A stretch of DNA of 39,777 bases, from the sequence record SRR31156797_3528, one strand, 5' to 3'. A program made the translations under genes and the position numbers. Below the pieces are notes generated by a model, which saw only the letters and a list, made by a program, of their open reading frames with translations, was not told where the DNA came from and searched no databases. Of the stretch, positions 26,985 through 36,627 are shown piece by piece; within the stretch, counting starts at the first letter, position 1; each line of letters starts with the position of its first letter.

Positions 26985-27009
26985 AGGAACTATTAAAAAG
27001 ATAAGCAAA

Positions 27010-27591
27010 ATGAATAATAGAGTTTGTGTTTTTTGTGCATCCAGCTCAAAAGTAAATCAGGTTTATACTGCTGATGCTAAGCACTTGGGTGAGTTATTGG
27101 TTAAAAATAATTTAGCCATGAATTACGGAGGCGGAGCAGTGGGCTTAATGGGAACTATTGCTGATTCTATGTTGGAATTAGGAGGTGAAGTATCTGGAAT
27201 TATTCCACGTTTTATGGTTGAGGTTGAATGGGAGCATAAAGGTGTAAAAGATATGATTCATGTGGATTCCATGGCGCAACGTAAAGAACTTTTGGTGAAA
27301 GATGTGGATGCAGTTATTGCACTTCCCGGAAGCACCGGTACTATGGAAGAACTATTCGAAGTATTATCAAACAAGAAATTAGGTCTATTTAATAAGTCAG
27401 TTATTTTACTCAATACCAACGGTTTTTTCAATCCATTAATTGACTTGTTGGATAAAATGATTCAGGAAAATTTCATGAGAAATGAGCATGGTCAGTTATG
27501 GACGGTTGTTGAGAAACCAGAACAGGCTATACAAGCTATCTTTCAGGAAAACATGTGGCATAATGATGCAATAAAAATTGCGAGTATGTAA
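27010..27591 (+). CDS. LOG family nucleotide phosphoribohydrolase (TIGR00730)
   Basis: VCVFCASS, YGGG..GLMG, MAQRK, LPGSTGTMEE and NTNGFF motifs. Start set at ATG 27010. Confidence 0.92.
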   Translation: MNNRVCVFCASSSKVNQVYTADAKHLGELLVKNNLAMNYGGGAVGLMGTIADSMLELGGEVSGIIPRFMVEVEWEHKGVKDMIHVDSMAQRKELLVKDVDAVIALPGSTGTMEELFEVLSNKKLGLFNKSVILLNTNGFFNPLIDLLDKMIQENFMRNEHGQLWTVVEKPEQAIQAIFQENMWHNDAIKIASM

Positions 27592-27621
27592 AACTGCCTA
27601 TACAAGGAAAAGATAAATTTA

Positions 27622-27629
27622 TATTTTTG
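27622..27629 (+). promoter_or_regulatory. -7 promoter element for the DUF4271 gene
   Basis: TATTTTTG(CA) 13 nt upstream of the ATG. Confidence 0.55.
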
Positions 27630-27642
27630 CAAAAAACATAAC

Positions 27643-28848
27643 ATGAACCAATCAGAAGACAGCATCGTGAATACAAATCAAAGTAAGGAACAGGTTAATC
27701 AGCCTTCCCTAAGTATTCCTGTTGTAAAGCCTGATAGTGTTAAGTTAAACGCAACAAGTCCTCGTATAAATGAAATCCCGGCTACACCAGCTAGGTTTAA
27801 GAGACAGAATACTGCTGTAGAAAAACAAGCTGAAGCTTTTACGCCTTCCGAAGAAGATTCCATTGCTTTCAACCTGAAGACAAAGGTAGCGGAGCAACAA
27901 GGGATAATAGAAAATACCATAGTTAAAGATTTTTTATACCCCTTGCCGCAAACGAACAAACAAAGGGTTGGCATTAGTAAGGAAGTGCAATTGAGCAGGC
28001 CTCAACTGAGAGAAGAAAGTATAGTTGTAGAAGGTAGCGATTCATTAAATGTTATTGGAAATGAAATTAGTAAGCCAGATATAGGGCAAAGAGATAGTGC
28101 TGATGTAGCTCAGGATTCCATGATGATGTCACTAAAAGACACATTACTTGTTGAAACTACTGTGGAGCCTGTAAAGGAAGATCCTGTAAATGAACTTCAA
28201 CATATTGCTTCGGGGAGAGATGTTTTAACCGGATTACTACTTTTTTCTGTAGCCTTAACCGGATTTGTTCGCATTATCAATTTTAAATATCTGCAAGAAT
28301 TATTTTCAGCTGTATTATTTAGTCAGTATGCTCGTAAAATGCAAAAAGAGGATTCGCTGAGGAATAAGAAAGCCGCATTTACATTAAATTTTCTTTTTCT
28401 TTTTAATACGTCACTTTTTATATATCAGCTAATTGTATATAAAAACATACCTACGCAATTTGGTCATAGTTTGGTGTTAATTCCGATAACCATGGCTTTG
28501 GTGTTTTGTTTTGGTTTAGTAAAAGGTATAGCTTATCGTTTTGTAGGATTTGTTTTCGAGAATGAACAAGATACCAAAGAATATCTCTTTTACGGAAGTT
28601 TGTACGATAAGGTGTTCGGTATTATAATACTTCCTATTATTCTTGTTGTACCTTATATTGAGGTGTCTGTCCATACTATATTGTTTAATACAGGTATAAT
28701 CATGTTTATTTTACTGTATTTAATACAATTATTTAAAGGCTTTGCAATTATTTTAAAAAATCCCGCTTCATTATTTTACATGTTTTTGTATCTTTGTGCC
28801 CTAGAAATTTTGCCATTGATTGTAATGTATAACATTCTAGTTAAATAG
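27643..28848 (+). CDS. DUF4271 domain membrane protein with long hydrophilic N-terminal extension
   Basis: Multi-TM C-terminal half ending in FLYLCALEILP; usual position upstream of hemD in Bacteroidota. Confidence 0.85.
   Translation: MNQSEDSIVNTNQSKEQVNQPSLSIPVVKPDSVKLNATSPRINEIPATPARFKRQNTAVEKQAEAFTPSEEDSIAFNLKTKVAEQQGIIENTIVKDFLYPLPQTNKQRVGISKEVQLSRPQLREESIVVEGSDSLNVIGNEISKPDIGQRDSADVAQDSMMMSLKDTLLVETTVEPVKEDPVNELQHIASGRDVLTGLLLFSVALTGFVRIINFKYLQELFSAVLFSQYARKMQKEDSLRNKKAAFTLNFLFLFNTSLFIYQLIVYKNIPTQFGHSLVLIPITMALVFCFGLVKGIAYRFVGFVFENEQDTKEYLFYGSLYDKVFGIIILPIILVVPYIEVSVHTILFNTGIIMFILLYLIQLFKGFAIILKNPASLFYMFLYLCALEILPLIVMYNILVK
28789..28796 (+). promoter_or_regulatory. Candidate internal -7 promoter for hemD inside the DUF4271 CDS
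   Basis: TATCTTTG(TG), which codes Tyr-Leu-Cys, lies 86 nt upstream of the hemD start. Confidence 0.5.
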
Positions 28849-28882
28849 ACATTATGGTCGGTGGGATATAAAAGGAAGCGTT

Positions 28883-29635
28883 TTGAAGATTAAAAGAATA
28901 CTGGTTTCTCAACCAAAACCGAAAACAGAGAAGTCTCCTTATTTTGAATTGGCCGAAAAGAATAATGTAAAGATTGATTTTCGTCCATTTATTCAGGTGG
29001 AGAGTGTACCCACTAAAGAATTCCGCGGCCAAAAAGTAAATCTTTTGGATCATACAGCGGTTATTTTTACCAGTAGAACAGCAATAGATAATTTCTTTAG
29101 AGTAGCAGAAGAAATGCGTGTTACTGTTCCTGATTCTATGAAATATTTCTGTATTTCAGAAGCAACAGCTTACTATTTGCAAAAGTACATTGTATATCGT
29201 AAGCGTAAAATCTTTCATTCAACAGGTAAATTTCCTGATTTAATTGAAGTGATTAAAAAGCACAAAGACGAAACGTTCCTGGTTCCTTTGTCAGATATTC
29301 ATAAGCAGGAGATTCCTGATCTTTTGGATAAAAACAAGATTAAGTACTCAAAAGCTATTTTATACAGAACTGTAAGTAGCGACTTAAGTGATCTTAAGGA
29401 TATTGATTACGATATTTTGGTTTTCTTTAGTCCTTCAGGAATTGCCAGTTTGTTGCAAAATTTTCCTGGATGGGATCAAAAAGAAACTAAAATTGCATCT
29501 TTTGGTCCGGCAACTGCAAAGGCAGTTACTGATGCAGGATATCGTTTAGATATTCAGGCACCAATGCCTCAGGCTCCATCTATGACAATGGCTCTTGAGC
29601 AGTACATAAAAAAATACAATAAGGCCAACAAGTAA
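28883..29635 (+). CDS. hemD: Uroporphyrinogen-III synthase-like protein
   Basis: TTG start; ILVSQPKP, DFRPFI, IFTSR, YRTV, VFFSPSGI and FGPATAKA motifs. Confidence 0.88.
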   Translation: MKIKRILVSQPKPKTEKSPYFELAEKNNVKIDFRPFIQVESVPTKEFRGQKVNLLDHTAVIFTSRTAIDNFFRVAEEMRVTVPDSMKYFCISEATAYYLQKYIVYRKRKIFHSTGKFPDLIEVIKKHKDETFLVPLSDIHKQEIPDLLDKNKIKYSKAILYRTVSSDLSDLKDIDYDILVFFSPSGIASLLQNFPGWDQKETKIASFGPATAKAVTDAGYRLDIQAPMPQAPSMTMALEQYIKKYNKANK

Positions 29636-29662
29636 TCCGTCTTTTTGTATCAAGATATAGAG

Positions 29663-29689
29663 AAGGGCATTTTTTAATGCCCTTTTTTT
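29663..29689 (+). terminator. Rho-independent terminator after hemD
   Basis: aagggcatt-tttt-aatgccctt followed by a T tract. Confidence 0.8.
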
Positions 29690-29700
29690 CGTTTACCTAA

Positions 29701-30132
29701 ATGGAATTAATGCAACAAGAATCATTTGAGTTTCCTAAGAAAGATAAACTTTGTAACCACTATGTAATAGAAAAGTTATTTAGTCAGGGTTCTTCATTTG
29801 TTAGTTTTCCGTTTAGAGTAATTTATTTAAAAACGGAATTGCCGGAAGATGTTCCTGCCCAGGTAATGTTTAGTGTGTCTAAAAAAAAGTTTAAAAGAGC
29901 GGTGAAGCGAAATCTTATAAAAAGAAGAAGTCGCGAAGCTTATCGTCTAATTAGAAATAACTTTTTAACGTGTCTGGAGGAATCTGATCAACAAATTGCC
30001 TTTGCCATGGTTTATATTTCCGGAGATTTGCTTCCATATGCAAATATTCGGAAGGGAATGAAAAAAGCCTTGAGCAAATTGTCGCAAAGGTTAAATGACA
30101 ATAGTAATGATGTAGAAAAGGATGCTGAGTAA
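29701..30132 (+). CDS. rnpA: Ribonuclease P protein component
   Basis: [31 protein letters not shown] (RNR-type motif). Confidence 0.95.
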   Translation: MELMQQESFEFPKKDKLCNHYVIEKLFSQGSSFVSFPFRVIYLKTELPEDVPAQVMFSVSKKKFKRAVKRNLIKRRSREAYRLIRNNFLTCLEESDQQIAFAMVYISGDLLPYANIRKGMKKALSKLSQRLNDNSNDVEKDAE

Positions 30133-30367
30133 ACTGTTCTTCTATATAAAAAAGGGACTGGTGTTTATTTTAATTATACCTATTAAAATATATCAACATT
30201 TTTTGTCTCCGATGTTAGGAGCTTCGTGTAGATACACTCCAACTTGTTCAACATATAGTATTCAGGCACTAAAAAAGCATGGTCCTTTTAAAGGGACGTA
30301 TTTAGCGATTAAGCGCATTTTAAGCTGTAATCCTTGGGGTGGACATGGGCATGATCCGGTTCCTTAA
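30122..30367 (+). CDS. yidD: Membrane protein insertion efficiency factor YidD
   Basis: YQ..LSP...CRYTPTCS.Y...HG...[15 protein letters not shown]. Confidence 0.96.
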   Translation: MLSKLFFYIKKGLVFILIIPIKIYQHFLSPMLGASCRYTPTCSTYSIQALKKHGPFKGTYLAIKRILSCNPWGGHGHDPVP

Positions 30368-30440
30368 TTAAGGAATCATTTTTATAAGTGTAGTAAATCA
30401 AACGAAAAATTTTATTTTCGTGGGTTAAATAATTTAAGCA

Positions 30441-30779
30441 ATGGATTCAACCAGACAAAAGAAGGTTTCTCGCCTGTTGGAAAAAGAGTTGAGTGAAATA
30501 TTTATACGTGAGGCAAAACCATACACAATGGGAACCATGGTATCGGTTTCAAAAGTGAGAATTTCACCGGATTTAGGTTTGGCTAAAGTATATATTAGTA
30601 TTTTTCCATCTGAAAAGAAAGAGGAAGTGTTCAATGAAATTGACGAAAACACCAGTGCTATCAGGCGTTATTTGGGTTTAAAGGTGGGTAAGCAACTTAG
30701 GGTTGTGCCTAACCTGCAATTTTATGTAGATGATTCACTAGATTATATTGATAATATTGATCGACTGTTAAAAGAATAA
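30441..30779 (+). CDS. rbfA: Ribosome-binding factor A
   Basis: STRQKKV, VRISPDL..AKVYISIFP and LRVVPNLQFYVDDSLDY motifs. Confidence 0.96.
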   Translation: MDSTRQKKVSRLLEKELSEIFIREAKPYTMGTMVSVSKVRISPDLGLAKVYISIFPSEKKEEVFNEIDENTSAIRRYLGLKVGKQLRVVPNLQFYVDDSLDYIDNIDRLLKE

Positions 30780-30781
30780 AC

Positions 30782-31609
30782 ATGCAATACGATCCTATAA
30801 AAAAGAGTTTAGGAAAAGTTTTTAACCAAACTCCGGCACTAAGAATTTTATTTTATAAGTTGCTTGATTTACTTTTATTGCGTTCTTGGTATATCCGAAA
30901 AGAGATAAAAGCCTGGGCAAAAAAGGTTCCTCACGATATTAATGTACTGGATGCAGGTTCCGGTTTTGGACAATACGTTTACTACATCTCATCAAAAAAT
31001 AAAGGTTGGAATATTACAGGTGTTGATGTAAAAACAGAACAGATTGAAGATTGCAATCAATTCTTCACAAAAATAAATCGTCAGGATCAGGTTAAATTTG
31101 AGTTTGCAGATTTAACGAAACTCGAAAAAGAAGAAACTTATGACTTGGTTGTTTCTGTTGATGTAATGGAGCATATCGAAGATGATGAAGGCGTGTTTAA
31201 AAATATTTACCATGCGATGAATCATGGTGGGATGATGTTGATCTCGACGCCAAGTGATCAGGGTGGATCAGATGCACATCACCATGAAGTAGAGCATGAG
31301 GATGGTGTAACAGGATTTATCGATGAGCATGTTCGAGATGGTTATAACCTTCAGGAAATAATTCAAAAACTCAAGAAGGCAGGATTTAAAAATGTAGATG
31401 CTCGTTATTCGTATGGTTGTCCGGGTAAAATTTCATGGAAGCTATCCATGAAATATCCAATTGTATTATTAAATGCGAGTAAACTATTTTTTGTTTTACT
31501 ACCGTTTTATTACCTGATTACCTTTCCTTTTGCCTTTTTATTAAACATACTTGATGTTTCAATATCTCATAAAAAGGGAACCGGTTTGATTGTAAAAGCA
31601 TTTAAATAA
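30782..31609 (+). CDS. Class I SAM-dependent methyltransferase with C-terminal hydrophobic helix
   Basis: VLDAGSGFG, GVD, ADL, VDVMEHIEDD and ISTP motifs; His/Glu-rich loop. Confidence 0.88.
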   Translation: MQYDPIKKSLGKVFNQTPALRILFYKLLDLLLLRSWYIRKEIKAWAKKVPHDINVLDAGSGFGQYVYYISSKNKGWNITGVDVKTEQIEDCNQFFTKINRQDQVKFEFADLTKLEKEETYDLVVSVDVMEHIEDDEGVFKNIYHAMNHGGMMLISTPSDQGGSDAHHHEVEHEDGVTGFIDEHVRDGYNLQEIIQKLKKAGFKNVDARYSYGCPGKISWKLSMKYPIVLLNASKLFFVLLPFYYLITFPFAFLLNILDVSISHKKGTGLIVKAFK

Positions 31610-31627
31610 TTGTTTTAAACTCCCTTT

Positions 31628-32857
31628 TTGAAGCTAACATTACATATTGCTCTAAAGTTTCTGTTCGGGAAAAAATCGAAGGGAATAATTAATGTTATCT
31701 CCACTATTTCCATTGTTGGAGTAGGTGTGGGTTCTGTAGCCTTACTTGTTGTACTTTCTGTGTTTAATGGGTTGCAAGGATTGATTGGTGATTTCTATGG
31801 ATCATTTGATCCTGATATTCGCATAGAAGCGGTTGAAGGAAAGTACTTTTCTATGGATTCCCTTGATATGGAAGCCGTACGGAAAATAGATGAAATAGCC
31901 TGTATTTCTCCTTTAATTGAGGATAATGCATTGCTTAAGTATAACAAGCGACAGGAACCGGCAATAGTGATGGGGGTGGATTCTACCTTTACACAGGTTA
32001 GCCATATTGATACCATTATGACAGATGGTAAATTTAATCTGAAAGATAAACATGGTTTTGGAGGAGCAATTGGTTATGTGTTAGCAGATAAGCTAAATGT
32101 ACGATTAACTTTTCTAACTGCACTTGTGATTTATGTGCCGCAAAAGGATAAAAAAATTAACCTGATGCGTCCTAATGAGGCTTTTAATTCTCATTATATT
32201 CATCCTAAGGGTATTTTTCTGGTTAAACAACAAGAGTATGATTCCCGATTGTTGGTAGACATTGATTTAGTTCGCCGTCTGTTTAATTATAAGAAAGATG
32301 AAGTTAGTGCTCTTGCTATTTCTTTGAAACCTGGTGCATCGATTGGTAAAGTGCAGGAAGTTATTCGAAATATTGTGGGAGGCTCCTTTTCTGTTAAAAA
32401 CCAGCAAGAACAGCATGAAGGCTTTCATAAAATGCTTCAAATAGAGAAAATAATGGCTTATCTTATCCTGAGCTTTATTCTGGTTATTGCTGCCTTCAAT
32501 TTAATAGGAACTATGTCAATGTTGATTTTTGACAAAAAGGAAGGTATCAAAATTCTAAAAAGCTTAGGTGCCGATCAAAAAATGGTTACCAGGGTATTCT
32601 TACTTGAAGGATGGTTAATTTCATTAATAGGTGTATTTGCAGGTGTTAGTGTAGGTATTATTTTGGTTTTAGTACAACAATATTTTGGCATTATTAAATT
32701 TGCTGGAGGAGGAAGTTTTGTTGTAAAAGCATATCCGATAGCCTTACACTTAGGAGATATATTGGCCACTATTGTAACTGTAATAACAATTGGTTTTTTA
32801 GCTACTTTATATCCTGTTAAAGTAATTGTAAAAAAATACTTCAATTCATATAATTAG
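31628..32857 (+). CDS. LolC/E (FtsX/MacB-like) ABC transporter permease
   Basis: TTG start; INVISTISIVGV, VLSVFNG, periplasmic domain, IAAFNLIG and LKSLGA...FLLEG motifs. Confidence 0.9.
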   Translation: MKLTLHIALKFLFGKKSKGIINVISTISIVGVGVGSVALLVVLSVFNGLQGLIGDFYGSFDPDIRIEAVEGKYFSMDSLDMEAVRKIDEIACISPLIEDNALLKYNKRQEPAIVMGVDSTFTQVSHIDTIMTDGKFNLKDKHGFGGAIGYVLADKLNVRLTFLTALVIYVPQKDKKINLMRPNEAFNSHYIHPKGIFLVKQQEYDSRLLVDIDLVRRLFNYKKDEVSALAISLKPGASIGKVQEVIRNIVGGSFSVKNQQEQHEGFHKMLQIEKIMAYLILSFILVIAAFNLIGTMSMLIFDKKEGIKILKSLGADQKMVTRVFLLEGWLISLIGVFAGVSVGIILVLVQQYFGIIKFAGGGSFVVKAYPIALHLGDILATIVTVITIGFLATLYPVKVIVKKYFNSYN

Positions 32858-33083
32858 TACATCAATTTACTTCTCGTTAATATCTTATAAAAGAGGAAGG
32901 TTTCAGCATTAAGAGTTAATTAATGTTAAAAATATTTTTACATAATTAATTAAAACCTGCACATATACTAATGTGTAGATACTACACTATCTATTAAAGC
33001 AAAAGAGTGCGCAAATGCAGTGAAACATGATCTCTTTCATATCGTACATATCATCTGTCTAATTGAACAAACGAATTGAACGG

Positions 33084-34586
33084 ATGAAAAGTGTAAAAAT
33101 GCAAACCAAGTTAAGGTTGGTGATTGGTTTGGGCCTAGTGATAACAGCCCTGATTGGTGCTTTAAGTATTCTTAGTTTAAGAACTGTTAATAAAGGTGTC
33201 AATACAATGTATGAGGAAAGGGTTATTCCTTTGGCTCAACTAAAAAATGTAGCTGATGCCTATGCGGTTACAGTTGTTGATGTCGCTCATAAAGCTTTAC
33301 ATGGTTTAATGGAATGGGAAGAGGCACTAGATCAGCTTAAGCAGGCAACAGTTGTGGTAAGCGAAAACTGGAATGCTTATGAGAAAAAGGATTTTGATAC
33401 AAAGGAAGCGGCATTACGGGATGAGGCTATGGCATTACGTCAAGTGTCAAAGCAGACCTACTTTAAGTTAGTTGAAATTATCAAGAAAGGGGAGTCGGAA
33501 GAAACGCTAGCCGAGTTGGATGAGTTAATTAAGAATGAGCTATATCAAACCATCGATCCTTATTCAGGTAAGGTTGCCGAGTTAATTCAGGTACAATTGG
33601 ATATTTCCAATGAGATTAAATCTCAGGCTGATGCAATATATAGTAGAACCATTATTCAAACGATTACTATTATAGTCTTGGCTATTGTTGCATTGGGAAT
33701 CCTAGCATTTTTTATTATTCGTGGTATTTTGAGGCAATTGGGAGGTGAGCCTGCAGAGGTTGAGGAAATTGCCCGTAAAGTAGCTGAAGGAGAGTTAAAC
33801 TTTGAGTTTAAGAAATCGTATGTTGGAGCTATGAAATCGATGACAGAAATGGCTCGACGATTAAAATTAATTATTGGAGAAATCCAGACCGGATCAGATA
33901 ATATCTTAGGAGCGAGTCATCAATTAAATAGTTCTTCACAACAATTAAATCAATCAGCTAATGAACAGGCTTCTTCGGTTGAGGAAATTTCTTCTACCAT
34001 GGAAGAAATGGTATCTAATATCAATAGTAATAGTGAAAATTCAAAGGTAACTGAAGACTATTCATCGAAAGCAAAAGCTAGTATTGATGATGTGGCAGAA
34101 AAAACACAACAAACGATACAGGCAAACCAGGATATTGCTACCAAAACATCTGTCATTACAGAAATCGCTTTTCAAACAAATATCTTGGCATTAAATGCAG
34201 CGGTTGAGGCAGCCAGTTCAGGAGAACATGGAAAAGGTTTTGCAGTAGTGGCTACCGAAGTACGCAAGTTGGCAGAAAGAAGTAAAGTGGCAGCTGATGA
34301 AATCGCAGCGTTAGTTGAAGGAGGACTGCATGTGGCTACTATTGCCGGAGATCAAATGATTTCTATTTTACCTGATGTAGAAAAAACAAATGAATTGGTT
34401 AGGGAAATTTCTTCGGCCAGTATTGAGCAGGACATGGGTGCCAAGCAAGTAAATAATGCACTGCAACAATTAAATGTTTTAACTCAGCAAAACGCCGCTT
34501 CAGGTGAAGAATTAGCCGCAAGTTCTGAGGAATTATCGGCACAAGCAGATAAGTTAAAAGAGGTAGTATCTTATTTTAAACTATAA
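33084..34586 (+). CDS. Methyl-accepting chemotaxis protein (four-helix-bundle sensor, HAMP, signalling domain)
   Basis: TM1, 4HB-like [12 protein letters not shown]2, [57 protein letters not shown] and TQQNAA. Start uncertain (33063, 33084 or 33099). Confidence 0.93.
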   Translation: MKSVKMQTKLRLVIGLGLVITALIGALSILSLRTVNKGVNTMYEERVIPLAQLKNVADAYAVTVVDVAHKALHGLMEWEEALDQLKQATVVVSENWNAYEKKDFDTKEAALRDEAMALRQVSKQTYFKLVEIIKKGESEETLAELDELIKNELYQTIDPYSGKVAELIQVQLDISNEIKSQADAIYSRTIIQTITIIVLAIVALGILAFFIIRGILRQLGGEPAEVEEIARKVAEGELNFEFKKSYVGAMKSMTEMARRLKLIIGEIQTGSDNILGASHQLNSSSQQLNQSANEQASSVEEISSTMEEMVSNINSNSENSKVTEDYSSKAKASIDDVAEKTQQTIQANQDIATKTSVITEIAFQTNILALNAAVEAASSGEHGKGFAVVATEVRKLAERSKVAADEIAALVEGGLHVATIAGDQMISILPDVEKTNELVREISSASIEQDMGAKQVNNALQQLNVLTQQNAASGEELAASSEELSAQADKLKEVVSYFKL

Positions 34587-34667
34587 ATCATTCGCGTTAC
34601 AGCTTAAAGCAAGTGCTTTTTAAGGAATAATTTTTACCCTTTGGAGATGTTTTTATATTTTGTATAC

Positions 34668-35093
34668 ATGATTATTAAATATGAAATATTTCCAAAGGAA
34701 GGACTGCTGATTCAGCGCTATATGGAAGACTTTTCGTTAGGCCATTACAAAAAGTATATGGAAAAACTAATGAAAGATCCTGCTTGGACTTTAGTTGAAA
34801 AAGTGCTTACAGATGCCAGAGCTATTAATGCCAAAGGAGCTCTAAATAATCTGGATGAATTAGTCAGGTTCAGGAAAGAAGTGGTTAAGAAAAATTATCT
34901 CAATGTTTTCTTAATCGACAACCCCATGTCTACAGCAACTTCTTACTTGTATCAGTTTGAATTAAAGGGTTCTTTTAATTACGAATATTGTTCTACCATA
35001 GAACAGGCAAGAAAATTACTAGGTATAAAGGAATCCAATGAGGTATTTGAAGAAAGATTAGAACAGCTAAAATATGTTTTAAAAGAGCGATAA
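34668..35093 (+). CDS. Hypothetical protein, possibly STAS/SpoIIAA-like (SEC14-like) domain
   Basis: Pattern YEI..LLIQ, VLTDAR, VFLIDNP and STIEQARKLL resembles SpoIIAA-like small proteins. Start set at ATG 34668. Confidence 0.6.
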   Translation: MIIKYEIFPKEGLLIQRYMEDFSLGHYKKYMEKLMKDPAWTLVEKVLTDARAINAKGALNNLDELVRFRKEVVKKNYLNVFLIDNPMSTATSYLYQFELKGSFNYEYCSTIEQARKLLGIKESNEVFEERLEQLKYVLKER

Positions 35094-35624
35094 TTGCTCT
35101 GATTTATTCCTTGCATTTTCCAGAAGTAGTAATTTTCGTTTAGCTTCTAATCCACCGGCATAACCTACTAAAGAACCATCTGTACCTACAATTCGATGGC
35201 AAGGTACAATAATGGATATGGCATTGGCTCCATTAGCTGTTGCTACCGCTCTGATTGATTTTTCATCACCCATGCTCTGTGCTAGTTGAAGGTAACTTTG
35301 TGTAGTGCCATTGGGTATTTCCTGAAGTTTATTCCAAACCTGAATTTGAAATGCTGTGCCTGCTAATTGCAATGGTAAATCAAATTGGGTTATTTCCTTA
35401 TTAAAATAGGCGTTTAATTGAGCAATGGTTTCAGTGTGGATACTTGTTTTTTCCTTAACATAAGAGGCGTTAAAAAACTTTTGCAGACGAAGGTCAATAT
35501 CCTTTCGCTTTTTACGATATAGCCAATCGCATAAACAAAGTTGGTCATTAAATGAACCTATAATTAAATCGCCTATCGGTGAGGAGAAATGGCTTATGTA
35601 AATATGCTTATTACTTGTTGCCAT
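35079..35624 (-). CDS. ogt: Methylated-DNA--protein-cysteine methyltransferase
   Basis: SPIG, GTAFQ..VW, RAVATANGAN and the active site IVPCHRIVG..GSLVGYAGG. Confidence 0.95.
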   Translation of the reverse strand: MATSNKHIYISHFSSPIGDLIIGSFNDQLCLCDWLYRKKRKDIDLRLQKFFNASYVKEKTSIHTETIAQLNAYFNKEITQFDLPLQLAGTAFQIQVWNKLQEIPNGTTQSYLQLAQSMGDEKSIRAVATANGANAISIIVPCHRIVGTDGSLVGYAGGLEAKRKLLLLENARNKSEQLSLF

Positions 35625-36627
35625 CTTCGAATGATTCAACTAAAGAAACAGCATCGGCGTATTTTGTAGCAATTTCATTTAGGCAATCGTGAATTTCATC
35701 CAGCGTATTGGCTCGCAACATTTTTATTTTTAAATCTCTGAAATCTCTTAATCCTTTAAAAGAGATGGCTAAGTGTCGGCGCATATGCAAAATGCCCCTA
35801 CGTTCGCCTAACCATTCAACACTATTCTCCAGATGCTCGCGAATCATGGCTACATGTTCAGGAATTTTGGGTAATTCCAGTAATTTTCCGGTATCTAAGT
35901 AATGACGTATTTCTCTAAAAATCCAAGGACGACCAATAGACGGGCGACCAACCATTAAAGCATCAACACCATAACGATCCAGATAAGTTTTGGCTTTCTG
36001 AGGACTTGTTAAATCACCATTCCCAATAATGGGAATATGCATACGAGGATTGTTTTTAACTGCACCAATTAAGGACCAGTCTGCTTCTCCATTGTACATT
36101 TGTGCACGTGTTCTACCGTGAATAGTCAGGGCTTTAATGCCTGTGTCCTGCAATTTTTCGGCAACGTCTACAATAATCTTAGAATCCTCATCCCAACCCA
36201 AGCGTGTTTTTACAGTAACCGGAAGGTTGACTGCTTCTACAATTTTAGAGGTCATCTCAATCATCTTGGGAATATCTCTAAGCATACCTGCACCAGCTCC
36301 TTTGGTGGCTATTTTTTTAACAGGGCATCCAAAGTTAATATCAATTAATTCGGGCTTTGCCTCTTCTGCTATTTTGGCTGCTTCAACCATGGCGTCTACA
36401 TCTTTACCATAAAGTTGAATACCAACAGGACGTTCTTCGTCGAATATTTTGAGCTTACGTTGTGTTTTTTCAATGCTTCTGATTAAGGCATCGGCCGAAA
36501 CAAATTCGGTATACATTAAATCGGCACCATATTTTTTACACAATAACCTAAACGAAGGATCAGTTACGTCCTCCATGGGCGCTAAAAGAAGCGGGTGTTG
36601 TCTGAGTTCTAAATTTCCAATCTTCAC
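35611..36627 (-). CDS. dusB: tRNA-dihydrouridine synthase B
   Basis: GTG start; LAPMEDVTD, DINFGCP, VKTRLGW, TIHGRT, GNGD and MVGR motifs. Confidence 0.96.
   Translation of the reverse strand: MKIGNLELRQHPLLLAPMEDVTDPSFRLLCKKYGADLMYTEFVSADALIRSIEKTQRKLKIFDEERPVGIQLYGKDVDAMVEAAKIAEEAKPELIDINFGCPVKKIATKGAGAGMLRDIPKMIEMTSKIVEAVNLPVTVKTRLGWDEDSKIIVDVAEKLQDTGIKALTIHGRTRAQMYNGEADWSLIGAVKNNPRMHIPIIGNGDLTSPQKAKTYLDRYGVDALMVGRPSIGRPWIFREIRHYLDTGKLLELPKIPEHVAMIREHLENSVEWLGERRGILHMRRHLAISFKGLRDFRDLKIKMLRANTLDEIHDCLNEIATKYADAVSLVESFEDGNK

Noticed and set aside
26947..27009. N-terminal extension of the LOG protein overlapping the DUF417 gene
   Set aside because: The family motif starts right after the ATG at 27010.
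11880..35624. mpg, SRAP and ogt as one DNA-repair or anti-phage island
   Set aside because: They are more than 9 kb apart from each other, in different operons, and interleaved with core genes; no defence-system hallmarks are present.
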